Shown in pieces: positions 8,774 through 19,452 of a stretch of 64,000 nt of DNA (its first letter is position 1; every line of letters starts with the position of its first letter). The stretch covers positions 45,913 through 109,912 of the forward strand of contig CADBIU010000001.1 of the NCBI GenBank assembly GCA_902794825.1, read 5' to 3'. Origin of the DNA: an uncultured Lachnospiraceae bacterium (GTDB taxonomy: Bacteria; Bacillota; Clostridia; Lachnospirales; Lachnospiraceae). The notes under the pieces are model-generated. The model ran no database searches and was not told where the DNA came from. It was given only the letters and a program-made list of their open reading frames with translations. Made by a program: the position numbers and the translations under genes.

Positions 8774-10537
8774 TCATTTCTTCCTGCTGCTGATAAAGGA
8801 ATACTCCATATCGTCGTCATCCTCAAACAGGGAATCGGAGAGATCATTGGGATCGCCTTCGCGGTAGAAGTCTGACTCCTCTTCCTTGTAGCTGACATTC
8901 TTCATCACCCTCTGCATTGAGAGTCTGCCGCGCTCGCCGTCGTCCTGACCGGCGTCTTCGTCGGAATAATCATTATCTTCGAGATAATCGCTGTCATCCG
9001 CTTCCTCTCTGGGCAGAAGATCGATGTCCTCAGGATACTCTTTGAATTCGTCGAATTCATGATCGTCGGACTCATCATCGTAATCGTCGAAATCGCCGCC
9101 GTCATCGGGGTCTTCGGCGTCTTCGTCAGAATCAGATCCGAACATCTTCTTCAAAAAGCCGAAAAAGCCTCCCTTTGCGGCACTTCGTCTGGCGGTGCGG
9201 GACTCAGACTCCTCCTCATCTTCGTAGTCCTCATCCTCGTACTCTTCATCCTCGTCATCGAACTCTTCGGATTCAGCGTCTTCGTCTTCTTCGTAGTCGT
9301 CGTACTCCTCTTCCTCGTAATCGTCTTCCTCGTAGTCGCCGCTTTCGTCTTCAGCTTCTTCTTCGGCGTCTTCGGCAAACTCCTCTTTGGCGCCGCCTTC
9401 GGGCTCTTCTTCGATTACTTCGTTAGCGGCAGCTTCTTCAGCCGCCTCGGCTTCATCCTTAGAAATGTTCTCCTTGAGCTGCGCGGTTGTAGCTGCAATG
9501 GCAGCTTCGATTTCTTCAGCGGGAATCTCAGTCGGCTCTGCCTCGGCAGGTACTTCCCTCGTTATCGTGGAATCAGCCATTACTGTCTGATCGTCATCTG
9601 AGACAGGATCCTTTGCTGCTTCCGCATCTTCGTCGTTGTCACCTGTTATCTCATCTTCTGTCTCTTCAGCATCAGTTTCTTCATCTTCGATACTTTCTTC
9701 TTCCGGCTCGTCATCCTCAAAGAAGAATTCCTCCTCTTCTTCTGCGTCGCGGGCAGCGGCCGCGGCGTCCAGGGCTCTTCCTCTGGTGGTCTTTGATCTG
9801 CCGTCACGGATCTGTTTGAGAAGGAAAACTACAAAGGCGACAAGTGCTGCCGCAAGGATCCCGAATATGATCGCCAGGGTTCTCCAGATTCCGGATCCTC
9901 CTTTGCCTGCTTCCGCTGCGTTTTCCTGTTCCTGAAGGTCGCTGATCCTTACCTTGCTTCCGTTGTCGTCATTATACACATACCAGGTGACGGTTCCGTC
10001 TGCTTCCTGCTCATAGCCTGCCCTGAAGTTCGCGTTGGGATCCTTTGTGGCGTCATAGCCTTCTGTCCCTGTATTCGCGGGAGCTGTCTCTTCCTGCGCG
10101 GGAGTGGATTCAGGCTCTTCGGGCGCGGCCTCTTCCGTACCGGCGGTTTCTTCAGCGGGCTCTTCCTCCTCAGCCGCCTCCGGTTCTTCTGCCTGCGTTT
10201 CTTCCTGTCCGTTATCACGGAAAGCTGCGAGTTCGCTGTCATCCGCTTCGATCAGGTCGCTGCGCACATAGCCCGTGGCGCCGTTTTCGAGCTGGATATA
10301 GTACCAGGGATAGCCGTCCCCGGACTGCATAACGTCGAGGATCGTTACCTCGTCGCCCTCGTTCAGGCTTCCGATTATGCCCCCTTCCGTAGACGGTTCA
10401 TTTCTTATCATGACATTGTCCGTCACAGTTCTTGCTGCGAATGCCTCGATCCGCAGCGCAATGGAACTGACTGCAATGATCGCGCTGATACCTGCGGCTG
10501 TCAGTACTTTACTGAACTTCTTACTCCAATTTCCCAT
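8774..10537 (-). CDS. SH3_3-domain single-pass membrane protein with a very acidic low-complexity tail
   Basis: Signal peptide, NVMIRNEPST...WYYIQ...GYVRSD (bacterial SH3), TM IWRTLAIIFG...LL, then about 340 aa rich in D/E. Confidence 0.8.
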   Translation of the reverse strand: MGNWSKKFSKVLTAAGISAIIAVSSIALRIEAFAARTVTDNVMIRNEPSTEGGIIGSLNEGDEVTILDVMQSGDGYPWYYIQLENGATGYVRSDLIEADDSELAAFRDNGQEETQAEEPEAAEEEEPAEETAGTEEAAPEEPESTPAQEETAPANTGTEGYDATKDPNANFRAGYEQEADGTVTWYVYNDDNGSKVRISDLQEQENAAEAGKGGSGIWRTLAIIFGILAAALVAFVVFLLKQIRDGRSKTTRGRALDAAAAARDAEEEEEFFFEDDEPEEESIEDEETDAEETEDEITGDNDEDAEAAKDPVSDDDQTVMADSTITREVPAEAEPTEIPAEEIEAAIAATTAQLKENISKDEAEAAEEAAANEVIEEEPEGGAKEEFAEDAEEEAEDESGDYEEDDYEEEEYDDYEEDEDAESEEFDDEDEEYEDEDYEDEEESESRTARRSAAKGGFFGFLKKMFGSDSDEDAEDPDDGGDFDDYDDESDDHEFDEFKEYPEDIDLLPREEADDSDYLEDNDYSDEDAGQDDGERGRLSMQRVMKNVSYKEEESDFYREGDPNDLSDSLFEDDDDMEYSFISSRKK

Positions 10538-10590
10538 GATATTCTCCAATCTGAGTTGAAAAAACTCTCTGACTTCGATCCGGTGCCGTG

Positions 10591-11868
10591 TTACTTGACT
10601 GCGTCAATTGCTTTTCCTATGTCATGCCTCATGTATTCACCGTCGAAATGGACCCATTCAGCTGCTTTATAAGCATTAGCCCTCGCTTCGATCAGCGTGT
10701 CCCCGAGAGCTGTGACTCCCAGGACGCGACCGCCGCTGGTGACAGTCTCTCCGTCCGTGTTAAAGGCAGTTCCCGCGTGGAAACAGTAATAGCCTTCCTT
10801 TCCATCGAAGTTTTCAAGGCCGGTGATCACTTTGCCTTTTTCATAACTTCCCGGGTATCCTCCGGAAGCAATGACAACGCAGACAGCCGCATTGTCTTCA
10901 AATTCAGGATCTACGCTGTCAAGCTTTCCGTCAATGCAGGCCTGCATGATCTCAATAATATCAGACTTGAGCCTTGGCAGTACCACCTGTGTCTCCGGAT
11001 CTCCGAAGCGGGTATTGTACTCAAGAACTCTCGGTCCGTCCGGAGTGAGCATCAGACCAAAATACAGAACGCCCCTGAAAGGTCTTCCCTCCGCAGCCAT
11101 GGCATCCATTGTCTTCTGGTAAATGTTCTTCCTGCAGTAATCGTCAACTTCCTCTGTGTAAAAAGGACTGGGGGAGAAAGTTCCCATACCGCCGGTATTG
11201 AGTCCGGTATCACCGTCTCCGGCTCTCTTGTGGTCCTGGGAACTGCTCATGAGCTTATAGGTTTTGCCGTCGGCAAAAGCAAGTACCGATACTTCCCGTC
11301 CGGTCATGAACTCCTCGATGACGATCTTGCTGCCCGCATCCCCGAACTTTTTGTCCATCATCAGTTCAGCGACGCCTGCCTTTGCATCGTCAAGAGTATT
11401 GCAGATCAGGACGCCTTTTCCAAGGGCCAGTCCGGATGCCTTTAAAACGATAGGCATCTTCGCGGTCTCGAGATATGCAAGCGCCTTTTCGGGGGCGTCA
11501 AAGATCTCGTAGGCCGCCGTAGGGATCCCGTATTTCTTCATCAGATCCTTGGAAAACGCTTTGCTTCCCTCTATGATCGCAGCATTGGCGGGAGTACCGA
11601 AGATCCTGAGGCCTTTGGCCTCAAACGCGTCGACAATACCTGCGCAGAGCGGATCGTCCATACTGCAGACAGTAAGATCGATCTCATTATCAGCTGCAAA
11701 CGCTGTGAGCGCCTCGAAATCCATTGTCCCTATTTTGACACATTCCGCGATCTTCGCTATGCCGGCGTTGCCCGGAGCACAGTACAGTTTATCGACCTGC
11801 GGGCTTCTGTTTATGGCTTCAGCGATGGCGTGTTCTCTTCCGCCGCCTCCAACCAGTAATACTTTCAT
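10591..11868 (-). CDS. purD: Phosphoribosylamine--glycine ligase
   Basis: GGGGREHA, APGNAG, EGSKAFSK, NTGGMG, RFGDPE. Confidence 0.97.
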   Translation of the reverse strand: MKVLLVGGGGREHAIAEAINRSPQVDKLYCAPGNAGIAKIAECVKIGTMDFEALTAFAADNEIDLTVCSMDDPLCAGIVDAFEAKGLRIFGTPANAAIIEGSKAFSKDLMKKYGIPTAAYEIFDAPEKALAYLETAKMPIVLKASGLALGKGVLICNTLDDAKAGVAELMMDKKFGDAGSKIVIEEFMTGREVSVLAFADGKTYKLMSSSQDHKRAGDGDTGLNTGGMGTFSPSPFYTEEVDDYCRKNIYQKTMDAMAAEGRPFRGVLYFGLMLTPDGPRVLEYNTRFGDPETQVVLPRLKSDIIEIMQACIDGKLDSVDPEFEDNAAVCVVIASGGYPGSYEKGKVITGLENFDGKEGYYCFHAGTAFNTDGETVTSGGRVLGVTALGDTLIEARANAYKAAEWVHFDGEYMRHDIGKAIDAVK

Positions 11869-11883
11869 TTGCACTCCCCTTTC

Positions 11884-12516
11884 TTATGACTCTCTGATGT
11901 GTGCTATCGCATTTTCATCGATTGTAACTCTGCCCTCGGCGATCAGGGAGATCGCTTTGGGAAGAATGATCCATTCCGCTTCCTCCATGACGCGCCTCTG
12001 AAGGATCTGAGGGGTATCGCCCTCCTTAACATCGACGGCTTTCTGCAAAAGGATCGGTCCGTGATCGAGATCTTCGTCCACGAAGTGAACAGTAGCTCCG
12101 GTGACCTTTGCTCCCCGCTCAAGGACTTTTTCATGGACGTGGAGTCCGTAAAAGCCTTTCCCGCAGAAAGAAGGGATCAGCGCGGGATGAATATTGATGA
12201 TCCGTCCTCTGAAGCGGTCGATCACGCAGGCGGGCACTGCCACCATAAATCCGGCGAGTACGATCAGGTCCGGCTGCGCGTCCGTAAGACAAGCCAGAAG
12301 AGCTTCATTGAACAGTTCTCTGTTCTCATAGTCCCTTGGAGATACACATACGCCCTCGATGCCCGCAGATTCGGCGCGGGTCAGGGCATAGGCGTTTTTA
12401 TTGTTGCTGATAACGCGGACGATCTTTGTGTCGCGGATCGCTCCGCTTTCGATCGCGTCGATGATCGCCTGAAGATTTGTTCCGCCTCCCGACACACAAA
12501 CGGCAACTCTCAGCAT
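11884..12516 (-). CDS. purN: Phosphoribosylglycinamide formyltransferase
   Basis: [28 protein letters not shown]. Confidence 0.97.
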   Translation of the reverse strand: MLRVAVCVSGGGTNLQAIIDAIESGAIRDTKIVRVISNNKNAYALTRAESAGIEGVCVSPRDYENRELFNEALLACLTDAQPDLIVLAGFMVAVPACVIDRFRGRIINIHPALIPSFCGKGFYGLHVHEKVLERGAKVTGATVHFVDEDLDHGPILLQKAVDVKEGDTPQILQRRVMEEAEWIILPKAISLIAEGRVTIDENAIAHIRES

Positions 12517-13544
12517 AACTCTACTCCCTTCTGAGCGCCGCTTACGGTCTCACCGATCACATAAGCGTCTTCTCCGGCCCCGCGCAGCGCCTGAACAGCT
12601 TTGTCCGCGTCCGCACTGTCGAGAGCAAGGACCATTCCTATTCCCATATTGAAGGTATTGTACATGATCTTTTCCTCGATCTCTCCCTTTTTCTGCATAA
12701 GGGTAAAGATCGGCAGCACAGGGTAGCTTTCCTTATAAACTCTGGCGACGATTCCGTCGGGAAGCATTCTCGGAATGTTCTCATAGAATCCTCCGCCCGT
12801 GATATGGCTGCAGCCCTTGATGGTAACGCCGGCGTCCTTGACCGCGCGCAATGCTTTGACATAGATCTTTGTCGGAGTCAGAAGCGCCTCTCCGAGAGTC
12901 ATTCCCAGTTCGGGATAAAATCTTCTGAGATTTGTGCTGTTGACGTCAAAAACCTTTCTGACAAGTGAAAAGCCGTTGCTGTGAACGCCTGATGAGGCAA
13001 TTCCGACCAGCTTGTCTCCGGGTTTGATATTTCCGCCGGTAATGATGTCCTTCTCATCGGCGACACCGACCGCGAATCCGGCCAGGTCATATTCGTCCAC
13101 AGGATAGAATCCGGGCATCTCCGCCGTCTCTCCGCCGATAAGAGCCGCTCCGGACTGTATGCAGCCCTCGCAGACTCCGCTGACTATACTTGCGATCTTC
13201 TCGGGCTCATTCTTCCCGCATGCAATATAGTCGAGGAAGTACAGAGGCTCGCCGCCTGCGCAGGCAACGTCGTTTACGCACATTGCTACGCAGTCGATGC
13301 CGACTGTGTCGTGCTTATCCATCAAAAAAGCGATCTTGAGCTTTGTCCCGACCCCGTCCGTTCCGGAAAGGAGGACCGGTTTTTCCATATCCTTGATCTT
13401 CTCGAGGGAGAAAGCTCCTGAAAAGCCCCCAAGTCCGCCGAGGACTTCGGGCCTCATGGTGCGCTTTACGTGCTCTTTCATAAGTTCCACGCTGCGGTAG
13501 CCGGCTTCAATATCGACTCCGGAACTCTTATAATCTAAACCCAT
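12510..13544 (-). CDS. purM: Phosphoribosylformylglycinamidine cyclo-ligase
   Basis: [44 protein letters not shown]. Confidence 0.97.
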   Translation of the reverse strand: MGLDYKSSGVDIEAGYRSVELMKEHVKRTMRPEVLGGLGGFSGAFSLEKIKDMEKPVLLSGTDGVGTKLKIAFLMDKHDTVGIDCVAMCVNDVACAGGEPLYFLDYIACGKNEPEKIASIVSGVCEGCIQSGAALIGGETAEMPGFYPVDEYDLAGFAVGVADEKDIITGGNIKPGDKLVGIASSGVHSNGFSLVRKVFDVNSTNLRRFYPELGMTLGEALLTPTKIYVKALRAVKDAGVTIKGCSHITGGGFYENIPRMLPDGIVARVYKESYPVLPIFTLMQKKGEIEEKIMYNTFNMGIGMVLALDSADADKAVQALRGAGEDAYVIGETVSGAQKGVELC

Positions 13545-13562
13545 CTGCTGTATTTCCTCCGT

Positions 13563-14072
13563 TTAATCCTTCTTGTAATTTTTATATCCGGCCGTCTGCA
13601 GACGCTCGTCCTTGGCTTTAACTTCTGCAGCCATGTTCGCGCTGTAATCCTTAAGCTTTTTAAGAAGCGCCGGATCACTGACAGCCAGGATCTTTGCCGC
13701 GAGGAGACCTGCGTTCTTGCCGCCGCCGATCGCAACGGTCGCTACGGGAATCCCCGAGGGCATCTGGACTATGGAGTAAAGGGAATCTCTTCCTCCAAGT
13801 GAAGTTGTGTGCATCGGAATACCGATTACCGGCATAGGGAACAGCGCCGCGCACATTCCGGGAAGATGGGCCGCCATTCCGGCACCCGCCACGATGACTT
13901 TGATCCCTCTTTCTTCTGCGCCTTTAGCCCATTCAAAAAAGATATCCGGCTCTCTGTGCGCAGATATGATGTGCATCTCATAACTGATTCCAAACTCATC
14001 AAGGACCTCAGCGGCTTTGCTCATCACCGACAGATCCGAATCGCTTCCCATAACGATACCAACTTGTGCCAT
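13563..14072 (-). CDS. purE: N5-CAIR mutase / AIR carboxylase catalytic subunit
   Basis: [31 protein letters not shown]. Confidence 0.97.
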   Translation of the reverse strand: MAQVGIVMGSDSDLSVMSKAAEVLDEFGISYEMHIISAHREPDIFFEWAKGAEERGIKVIVAGAGMAAHLPGMCAALFPMPVIGIPMHTTSLGGRDSLYSIVQMPSGIPVATVAIGGGKNAGLLAAKILAVSDPALLKKLKDYSANMAAEVKAKDERLQTAGYKNYKKD

Positions 14073-14203
14073 AGTTCCTCCTTAATGCGTAATGTCCTGA
14101 CCTGCGGACATACAAACAGAGCCTGTAATGATCAGGCATGCTATCAAGCATAGTTTATCGAAAACAGTTCCCATGTGCAACACATAAAAAAGCGCCGCAT
14201 CAT

Positions 14204-16282
14204 TCATTTTATGACCATTTCGTCCAATGGTTTGTTGAGGATCCGCGTACCTTCCAGTACAAATCTTCCGTTCAAAAGGATAGGAGTCCTCATTCCGTCC
14301 GCTCTGACTGCGGTAAATTCTCCCAATTCTTCATAGGGGATCGTGATATCCGTGTGGCAGCCGTAGTATGCTTTTTCCGGTGAAGTTTTCCTGAGGATGG
14401 ACACGGAATTGTCCTTGGCGACGATCTCCTTTCCATCAGGATTATAAACTTTGTTTTCCTCATCTCTGCAGTAACATGTGTCGCCCACTGCGAAGTGGGG
14501 GCCTGTCTTCTCCGCGATCAGTATGGGCAGACGGTCGGAAATACCATATTTTGCCGCCGCCGCGTAGGCAGTTGTATTCGTTCCGATCGCGCACTCTCCC
14601 ATCGGAAGGCTCTCGTGATGATAAAGAATGTTTTCTTTTATGTATTTTTTGTTCTCTTCTTCGCTTTCGAAATTGGCGCAGCTGTACTCCGCCACCCTGC
14701 CGTTCTCGAACCGGACCTCGAGATCTTTGAAAAAAAGCCCTTCCAGATAGACCCCGGTCACATGGAGCAGTCCATCGGTTCCCTCGAGAACGGGCGTCGT
14801 GAAGACTTCTCCCACCGGAATATTGACATCTGCTGTACAGTTCTCAAAATTTGCTTCCCGGGAGGGATCGGCGGGTTCATACAGTTTTATCCTCAGATCC
14901 GTCCTGTTTCCGTTTCTGCCCCGGACCTGCACAAAACTCGACGAATTCAGGACATCGATCATCCTGCTCTGGATCTTCTCGTACAGGCCGCTGTCAAGTG
15001 TATTGATCTGTGTGACAGCATCAAAGATCTCTCTGTATTCCTCGTCAGTTTCCGCGATGGAGGGAAGAGGAAAATCGATGATCGTAAAGCTTCTGTCTTT
15101 AGCAACGACTGCATCGCTGTAGAGTTGAGCTGCTTTAATATCGTAATCCGTGCAGATCTTCTGCTGCGCCTCATCGTAGCGCGGCGCATGAGGAGTCTGT
15201 GCAGGACAGAAAGGAGCGCTTCCGAAAGTCTCCAGAACAGCCGGCCCCGCATATAGGACCGTCCTGTCTCTGAGTTTTCTGTAAGCGTTTGTCAGCCCCT
15301 CAATCCTTCTTGTGCGAAGCCCTTCGTCAAGAAACAGAGCAAGGTCTTCCCTGTGATCGTAATAATACTGCGGATTGGGATCAGCTCCGCCGTATCCCAT
15401 GTTCCCCCGGCTGAAGGAGTGAAACAGCGTCGGGACTTCAGCGGAAAGGATCACTCTGAGCCCGTATCCCCTGAATCTCAGGATGCAGGCCGATAGTATT
15501 CTCTCAAAGCCCAGATGGAGGATCACAGCCACATTTTTCTTCGAAGCAAGGTTCTTGCCGCCGTTTATGAATCCTCTCCTGTAGCCCTCTGTTATTGTGC
15601 CGGCGATCAGGGCGATCTCCTCTTCGGGGAGTCCGGCTATATACTGAGCGCTTCGGGTCTCGTCATCTGTGACGTATTCGCCCGTCAGATACAGATTTCT
15701 CAGATCCGCGCAGTCGGAAGCCGCAAGGTCATAGATCCTCGGGCTTCCCTCAACAAGTTTATCCTTAAGATAGGCGGTCATTTCTTCTTCCGCGTAATCC
15801 GCAAGATACCCGCGGATGATACTTCTTATCTGTTCGAGGGAAGGAATGCCTCCGCTTTCGTGAAACGCTACCGTAAAAGCCGTGTAGACCTCAAGAAACA
15901 GTTCCGCTCTGATCAGTACGCGTTCACGCATGAGCCTGTATACAAAGGGCAGCGCGCTTCTGATCTCATATCGCAGCGCGGCAAGAAGAGGTCCCATTTC
16001 ACTTCCGAGCCTCTCAGACGCGAAACTGTGATTGGCCCAGCTCGAATCGTAATGATCCGGCAGTATTTCCTCGTATAATCTGCGGTTTCTCTTTTTCAGA
16101 AGATCGATATCTGCGCCGGCCGCATCTTCTGACAAAAGAAAACGCTCCTCCTCTTCCATGAGAAGAAGCCACTCCGCTCCGTCTTCAAAATACTGTATGA
16201 ATCCGGGTTCCACCATATTCTCGCCGGGTATCTCTCGGATCCGGTCCATAGCAAGCGTGTACCGAATATCTGTCAGTTCCAT
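14204..16282 (-). CDS. M29-family (aminopeptidase T-like) metallopeptidase with a long N-terminal extension
   Basis: C-terminal NIPVGEVFTTP, GECAIGTN, EKTGPHFAVGD, HTDI motifs. Confidence 0.8.
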   Translation of the reverse strand: MELTDIRYTLAMDRIREIPGENMVEPGFIQYFEDGAEWLLLMEEEERFLLSEDAAGADIDLLKKRNRRLYEEILPDHYDSSWANHSFASERLGSEMGPLLAALRYEIRSALPFVYRLMRERVLIRAELFLEVYTAFTVAFHESGGIPSLEQIRSIIRGYLADYAEEEMTAYLKDKLVEGSPRIYDLAASDCADLRNLYLTGEYVTDDETRSAQYIAGLPEEEIALIAGTITEGYRRGFINGGKNLASKKNVAVILHLGFERILSACILRFRGYGLRVILSAEVPTLFHSFSRGNMGYGGADPNPQYYYDHREDLALFLDEGLRTRRIEGLTNAYRKLRDRTVLYAGPAVLETFGSAPFCPAQTPHAPRYDEAQQKICTDYDIKAAQLYSDAVVAKDRSFTIIDFPLPSIAETDEEYREIFDAVTQINTLDSGLYEKIQSRMIDVLNSSSFVQVRGRNGNRTDLRIKLYEPADPSREANFENCTADVNIPVGEVFTTPVLEGTDGLLHVTGVYLEGLFFKDLEVRFENGRVAEYSCANFESEEENKKYIKENILYHHESLPMGECAIGTNTTAYAAAAKYGISDRLPILIAEKTGPHFAVGDTCYCRDEENKVYNPDGKEIVAKDNSVSILRKTSPEKAYYGCHTDITIPYEELGEFTAVRADGMRTPILLNGRFVLEGTRILNKPLDEMVIK

Positions 16283-16295
16283 ATTTGTCTCCAAT

Positions 16296-16338
16296 AAAGC
16301 AGGCTCTGCCGTCCCTTCAGGGACAGCGGAGCCGCTTA
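16296..16338 (-). terminator. GC-rich hairpin after pyrE, possible weak terminator
   Basis: Minus strand GGCTCCGCTGTCCC-TGAA-GGGACGGCAGAGCC followed by a short T tract. Confidence 0.5.
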
Positions 16339-16346
16339 AGAATGTC

Positions 16347-17030
16347 TTATGCCTTTTTCACTCCGTACTCTGCATAGTAATCGTCGAGCGCCTTCTTGAT
16401 CTTTCTGTCGATCAGGACCTTGCCGTCGATCGGTCTGTTGTAGAGGTACTCCTGAACTTCATCCATTGTGACGATCGCGCTCGTCGGGAATCCGTAGTCT
16501 TCCCTGATCTCGTCCAGCGCACTGATCGTTCCTTTCGGTCCGACTTCCCTTCTGTCCAAAGAGACCATAAGTCCAACGATATCAACGTCAGCCTGTGCAC
16601 GGATGATCGGAATAGTCTCCGCGATGGAGGCGCCGGATGTTGTTACATCCTCGATGATCATGACCCTGTCCTCGTCATGCAGGCGGGTTCCAAGAAGGAT
16701 TCCCTTGTCACCGTGATCCTTGATCTCCTTGCGGTTGGAACAGTACTTGATGTCGCGGCCGTAGAGTTTGCTGATCGCCATGACTGTGGCTACTGCCAGA
16801 GGAATTCCCTTGTAGGCGGGTCCGAACAGGACGTCAAAATCCAGCCCGTACTTGTCGTTGATGGCTCTTGCGTAATACTCGCCGAGTTTGATAAGCTGCG
16901 AGCCGGTCTTGTATGCTCCGGCGTTCATGAAGAACGGCGATTTTCTTCCGCTCTTTAATGTAAACTCCCCGAATTTGAGGACGTGCGAGTCTACCATAAA
17001 ATTGATGAAATTCTTTTTGTACTCTTCCAT
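16347..17030 (-). CDS. pyrE: Orotate phosphoribosyltransferase
   Basis: FTLKSGRKSP, FGPAYKGIPL, NRKEIKDHG, IIEDVTTSG. Confidence 0.96.
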   Translation of the reverse strand: MEEYKKNFINFMVDSHVLKFGEFTLKSGRKSPFFMNAGAYKTGSQLIKLGEYYARAINDKYGLDFDVLFGPAYKGIPLAVATVMAISKLYGRDIKYCSNRKEIKDHGDKGILLGTRLHDEDRVMIIEDVTTSGASIAETIPIIRAQADVDIVGLMVSLDRREVGPKGTISALDEIREDYGFPTSAIVTMDEVQEYLYNRPIDGKVLIDRKIKKALDDYYAEYGVKKA

Positions 17031-17064
17031 TACGGATCCTTCCCCCTTATTACTTAACGCTGCT

Positions 17065-18018
17065 TCATCGTCCGGTGTTCCAGACTGTTCTTCCGCCGTG
17101 GATCGCTCCCCTCAGATCCTCGATCATATCCAGCGCGGCAGCTCTTGCCGCGTCGGCAAATCCCTCTTCTCCGTACCTGCTGTAAGCTTCCTTCTTATAG
17201 GCGGCTATGATGCCTCTGGAGGAGTTTACGATCGCTCCGAGGCCGTCGGCGTCGAAAAATCCGCTCAGATCAGCAGCCGTCGCGCCCTGTGCCCCGTATC
17301 CGGGAGCAAGGATAAATGTGTGCGGCATCAGTTTCCTGAGGATCTTCGCCTGTTCGGGATAGGTGGCTCCTACGACGGCGCCCACATTGCTGTACACGCC
17401 TTCAATGCACTCTGAGCCCCACTCCCTGACCATTTTTCCTACCAGCTCATATACAGCCCTTCCGTCGCCGGTGAGTACATCCTGAAACTCGCCGCTGGAG
17501 GGATTAGAGGTCTTGACAAGCACGAATATCCCCTTGTCGTGCTCTTTACAGACTTTGATAAAAGGCTTTACGCCGTCGGAGCCCAGATATGGATTGACTG
17601 TGGCGAAGTCTACGCCGAACCCGGTTCCCGCGAGATGCCCTCTCGCGTAGGCCTCGGAGGTAGATCCGATATCGCCTCTCTTGACGTCGCCGATCACGAT
17701 CAGCCCCTTGGATCTGCAGTAATCCACTGTCCTTCGGTAAGCGATCATGCCGGGAATCCCGAACTGTTCATACATCGCGACCTGGGGTTTCACGGCAGGT
17801 ACGATGTCATAGACTGCGTCTGTGATCGCCTTGTTAAACTGCCAGACAGCTTCAGCCGCGATCACATTCTCCTTCTCGCAGTACTCCGGAATATCGCCTT
17901 CGGCGGCGCTCTGGGCTTTCTTTAAGATAAAACCCGGAATGAAGGAAAGATTCGGGTCGAGTCCTACTACGACAGGCGCGTCTTTGCAGGTGATCCCATC
18001 AATCAATCTTTGAATCAT
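17065..18018 (-). CDS. pyrF: Orotidine-5'-phosphate decarboxylase (subfamily 2)
   Basis: VGLDP, KPQVA, DVKRGDIGST, KTSNP, VVGAT, PGYGAQG, NSSRGI. Confidence 0.95.
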   Translation of the reverse strand: MIQRLIDGITCKDAPVVVGLDPNLSFIPGFILKKAQSAAEGDIPEYCEKENVIAAEAVWQFNKAITDAVYDIVPAVKPQVAMYEQFGIPGMIAYRRTVDYCRSKGLIVIGDVKRGDIGSTSEAYARGHLAGTGFGVDFATVNPYLGSDGVKPFIKVCKEHDKGIFVLVKTSNPSSGEFQDVLTGDGRAVYELVGKMVREWGSECIEGVYSNVGAVVGATYPEQAKILRKLMPHTFILAPGYGAQGATAADLSGFFDADGLGAIVNSSRGIIAAYKKEAYSRYGEEGFADAARAAALDMIEDLRGAIHGGRTVWNTGR

Positions 18019-18089
18019 TTTCAAGTCACCTTTCTTTTATGTAATTGCAGTCAAAGTATAGCATAACGTCCACTGCAGTGCATTATTTC

Positions 18090-19139
18090 TTATCTCGTTT
18101 TTAAAAATCTGAGTTCGCGTTTCGCATCTTCGTCGCCGGAATACTGCTGCAGATAATTGGTAAGCAGTTCCCTGGCTTTCTCAAAATTGCCGGCGTACTC
18201 ATACGCGACGATCCTGTTGTACAAAGTGACCTGAAGATCCCCGCTTTCTTTAGCGGCGTTTACAGCGCGCTCGTAAACCTCGGCGGCTTCAGCGTATTTC
18301 CCCTGTTTCATAAAAATCGAACCCAGAAGGTCCAGAAGTTCGACCGAGTTTTCCACTTTATCGCCGAAACTGTCAATGACGCCCTTTGCGGCTTCCGTAT
18401 CTCCGAGAGCAAGGTAAGATCTGCAGACGATCATAGCCGCTGATTCATCTGCCTCCGCATACTGTCCGAGAAGGTCCAGCGCTCCCTGATAATCCTTCAT
18501 GAAGTAGAGGATCCTTCCCCTGAGAACGGGATCGAGCCCTTCCACAGAGCCTGCTCCAGCAAGATAACCTTCGCCTATACTCCTTCCTCCGTACTGTTCC
18601 AGAGTCTGGGCGATGTTCAGGATCAGGGCGTAATTTCCTCTGTCCATGTTGATCGCTTTGTCAAAATCAGCCTTTGCGCCCTCGAGATCACCGGCAGCGG
18701 CCTTTGCCGTACCTCTCTCTGTGTACAGTGAAATTACGCTGTCATTTTTTTCGATCAGCGCGTTGTAAACAAGAATCGCCTGCTGAGGCTCTCCGTTGTG
18801 GATATAGCAGCTGGCGAGATATCTGCGGATATCGTCTTCCATGCCGTCGCGATAGATCTTCTCTTCTATGAATGTCGCGGACTCAAGCGCTTTATTAAAG
18901 GCTTCCACCGCGTTCTCATATTCCATCCTGCCCATAAGGGCAATGCCCTTTCCGCGGTAACAGGCCTGAAGCTGTTTGCCTTCGTCGATCGCGGCCTGAT
19001 AGAGCGCCGCGGCGTTCTCGAAATCGCCCTCCTCAAGGGCTTTCTGGGCGTTAGACATCGTCTCGGTATTCGTAGGACTGCAGCTGCACAGAGCGGCAGC
19101 CATAAAAGCTGACAGCAATATCGCGATTACTCTTTTCAA
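18090..19139 (-). CDS. Tetratricopeptide-repeat lipoprotein
   Basis: Lipobox LCSC and multiple TPR-like helical repeats. Confidence 0.82.
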   Translation of the reverse strand: MKRVIAILLSAFMAAALCSCSPTNTETMSNAQKALEEGDFENAAALYQAAIDEGKQLQACYRGKGIALMGRMEYENAVEAFNKALESATFIEEKIYRDGMEDDIRRYLASCYIHNGEPQQAILVYNALIEKNDSVISLYTERGTAKAAAGDLEGAKADFDKAINMDRGNYALILNIAQTLEQYGGRSIGEGYLAGAGSVEGLDPVLRGRILYFMKDYQGALDLLGQYAEADESAAMIVCRSYLALGDTEAAKGVIDSFGDKVENSVELLDLLGSIFMKQGKYAEAAEVYERAVNAAKESGDLQVTLYNRIVAYEYAGNFEKARELLTNYLQQYSGDEDAKRELRFLKTR

Positions 19140-19157
19140 CTTCCGCCTCCTGATCTC

Positions 19158-19391
19158 TTATTCCTCTTCGAAAACGACCTTTACATAAAAGCCGCGCTCG
19201 TTTTCCTCAATAGCTTCGACCTTTCCCTCTCTGGAAAGAAGACGCTCATTGAACGGATAGTTTCCGCTCATCGCAAGCGACGGATGGATCGTGTAGTAGT
19301 AGTTGCTCGGAAGCACTCCCTCCACAATGGTGACGGTATCTCCCTCCTTCAGAAGGCCTTCCCTCTCCATCTTGAACTCCATCTCTCTCAT
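19158..19391 (-). CDS. Small hypothetical protein
   Basis: 77 aa ORF with a G-rich RBS, fits gene order. Confidence 0.7.
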   Translation of the reverse strand: MREMEFKMEREGLLKEGDTVTIVEGVLPSNYYYTIHPSLAMSGNYPFNERLLSREGKVEAIEENERGFYVKVVFEEE

Positions 19392-19452
19392 TCTACAGCG
19401 CCCCCCTTTTTATGAGAAGTGATTTTTCTTTATTATGACCATATTTTGACGA

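Noticed and set aside
9190-9370. TCTTCG/TCGTC periodic sequence resembling a repeat array
   Set aside because: Asp/Glu codon low complexity; no repeat-spacer structure, so not CRISPR
14073-14203. Purine or ZTP riboswitch before purE
   Set aside because: No conserved aptamer core or terminator; only a small hairpin
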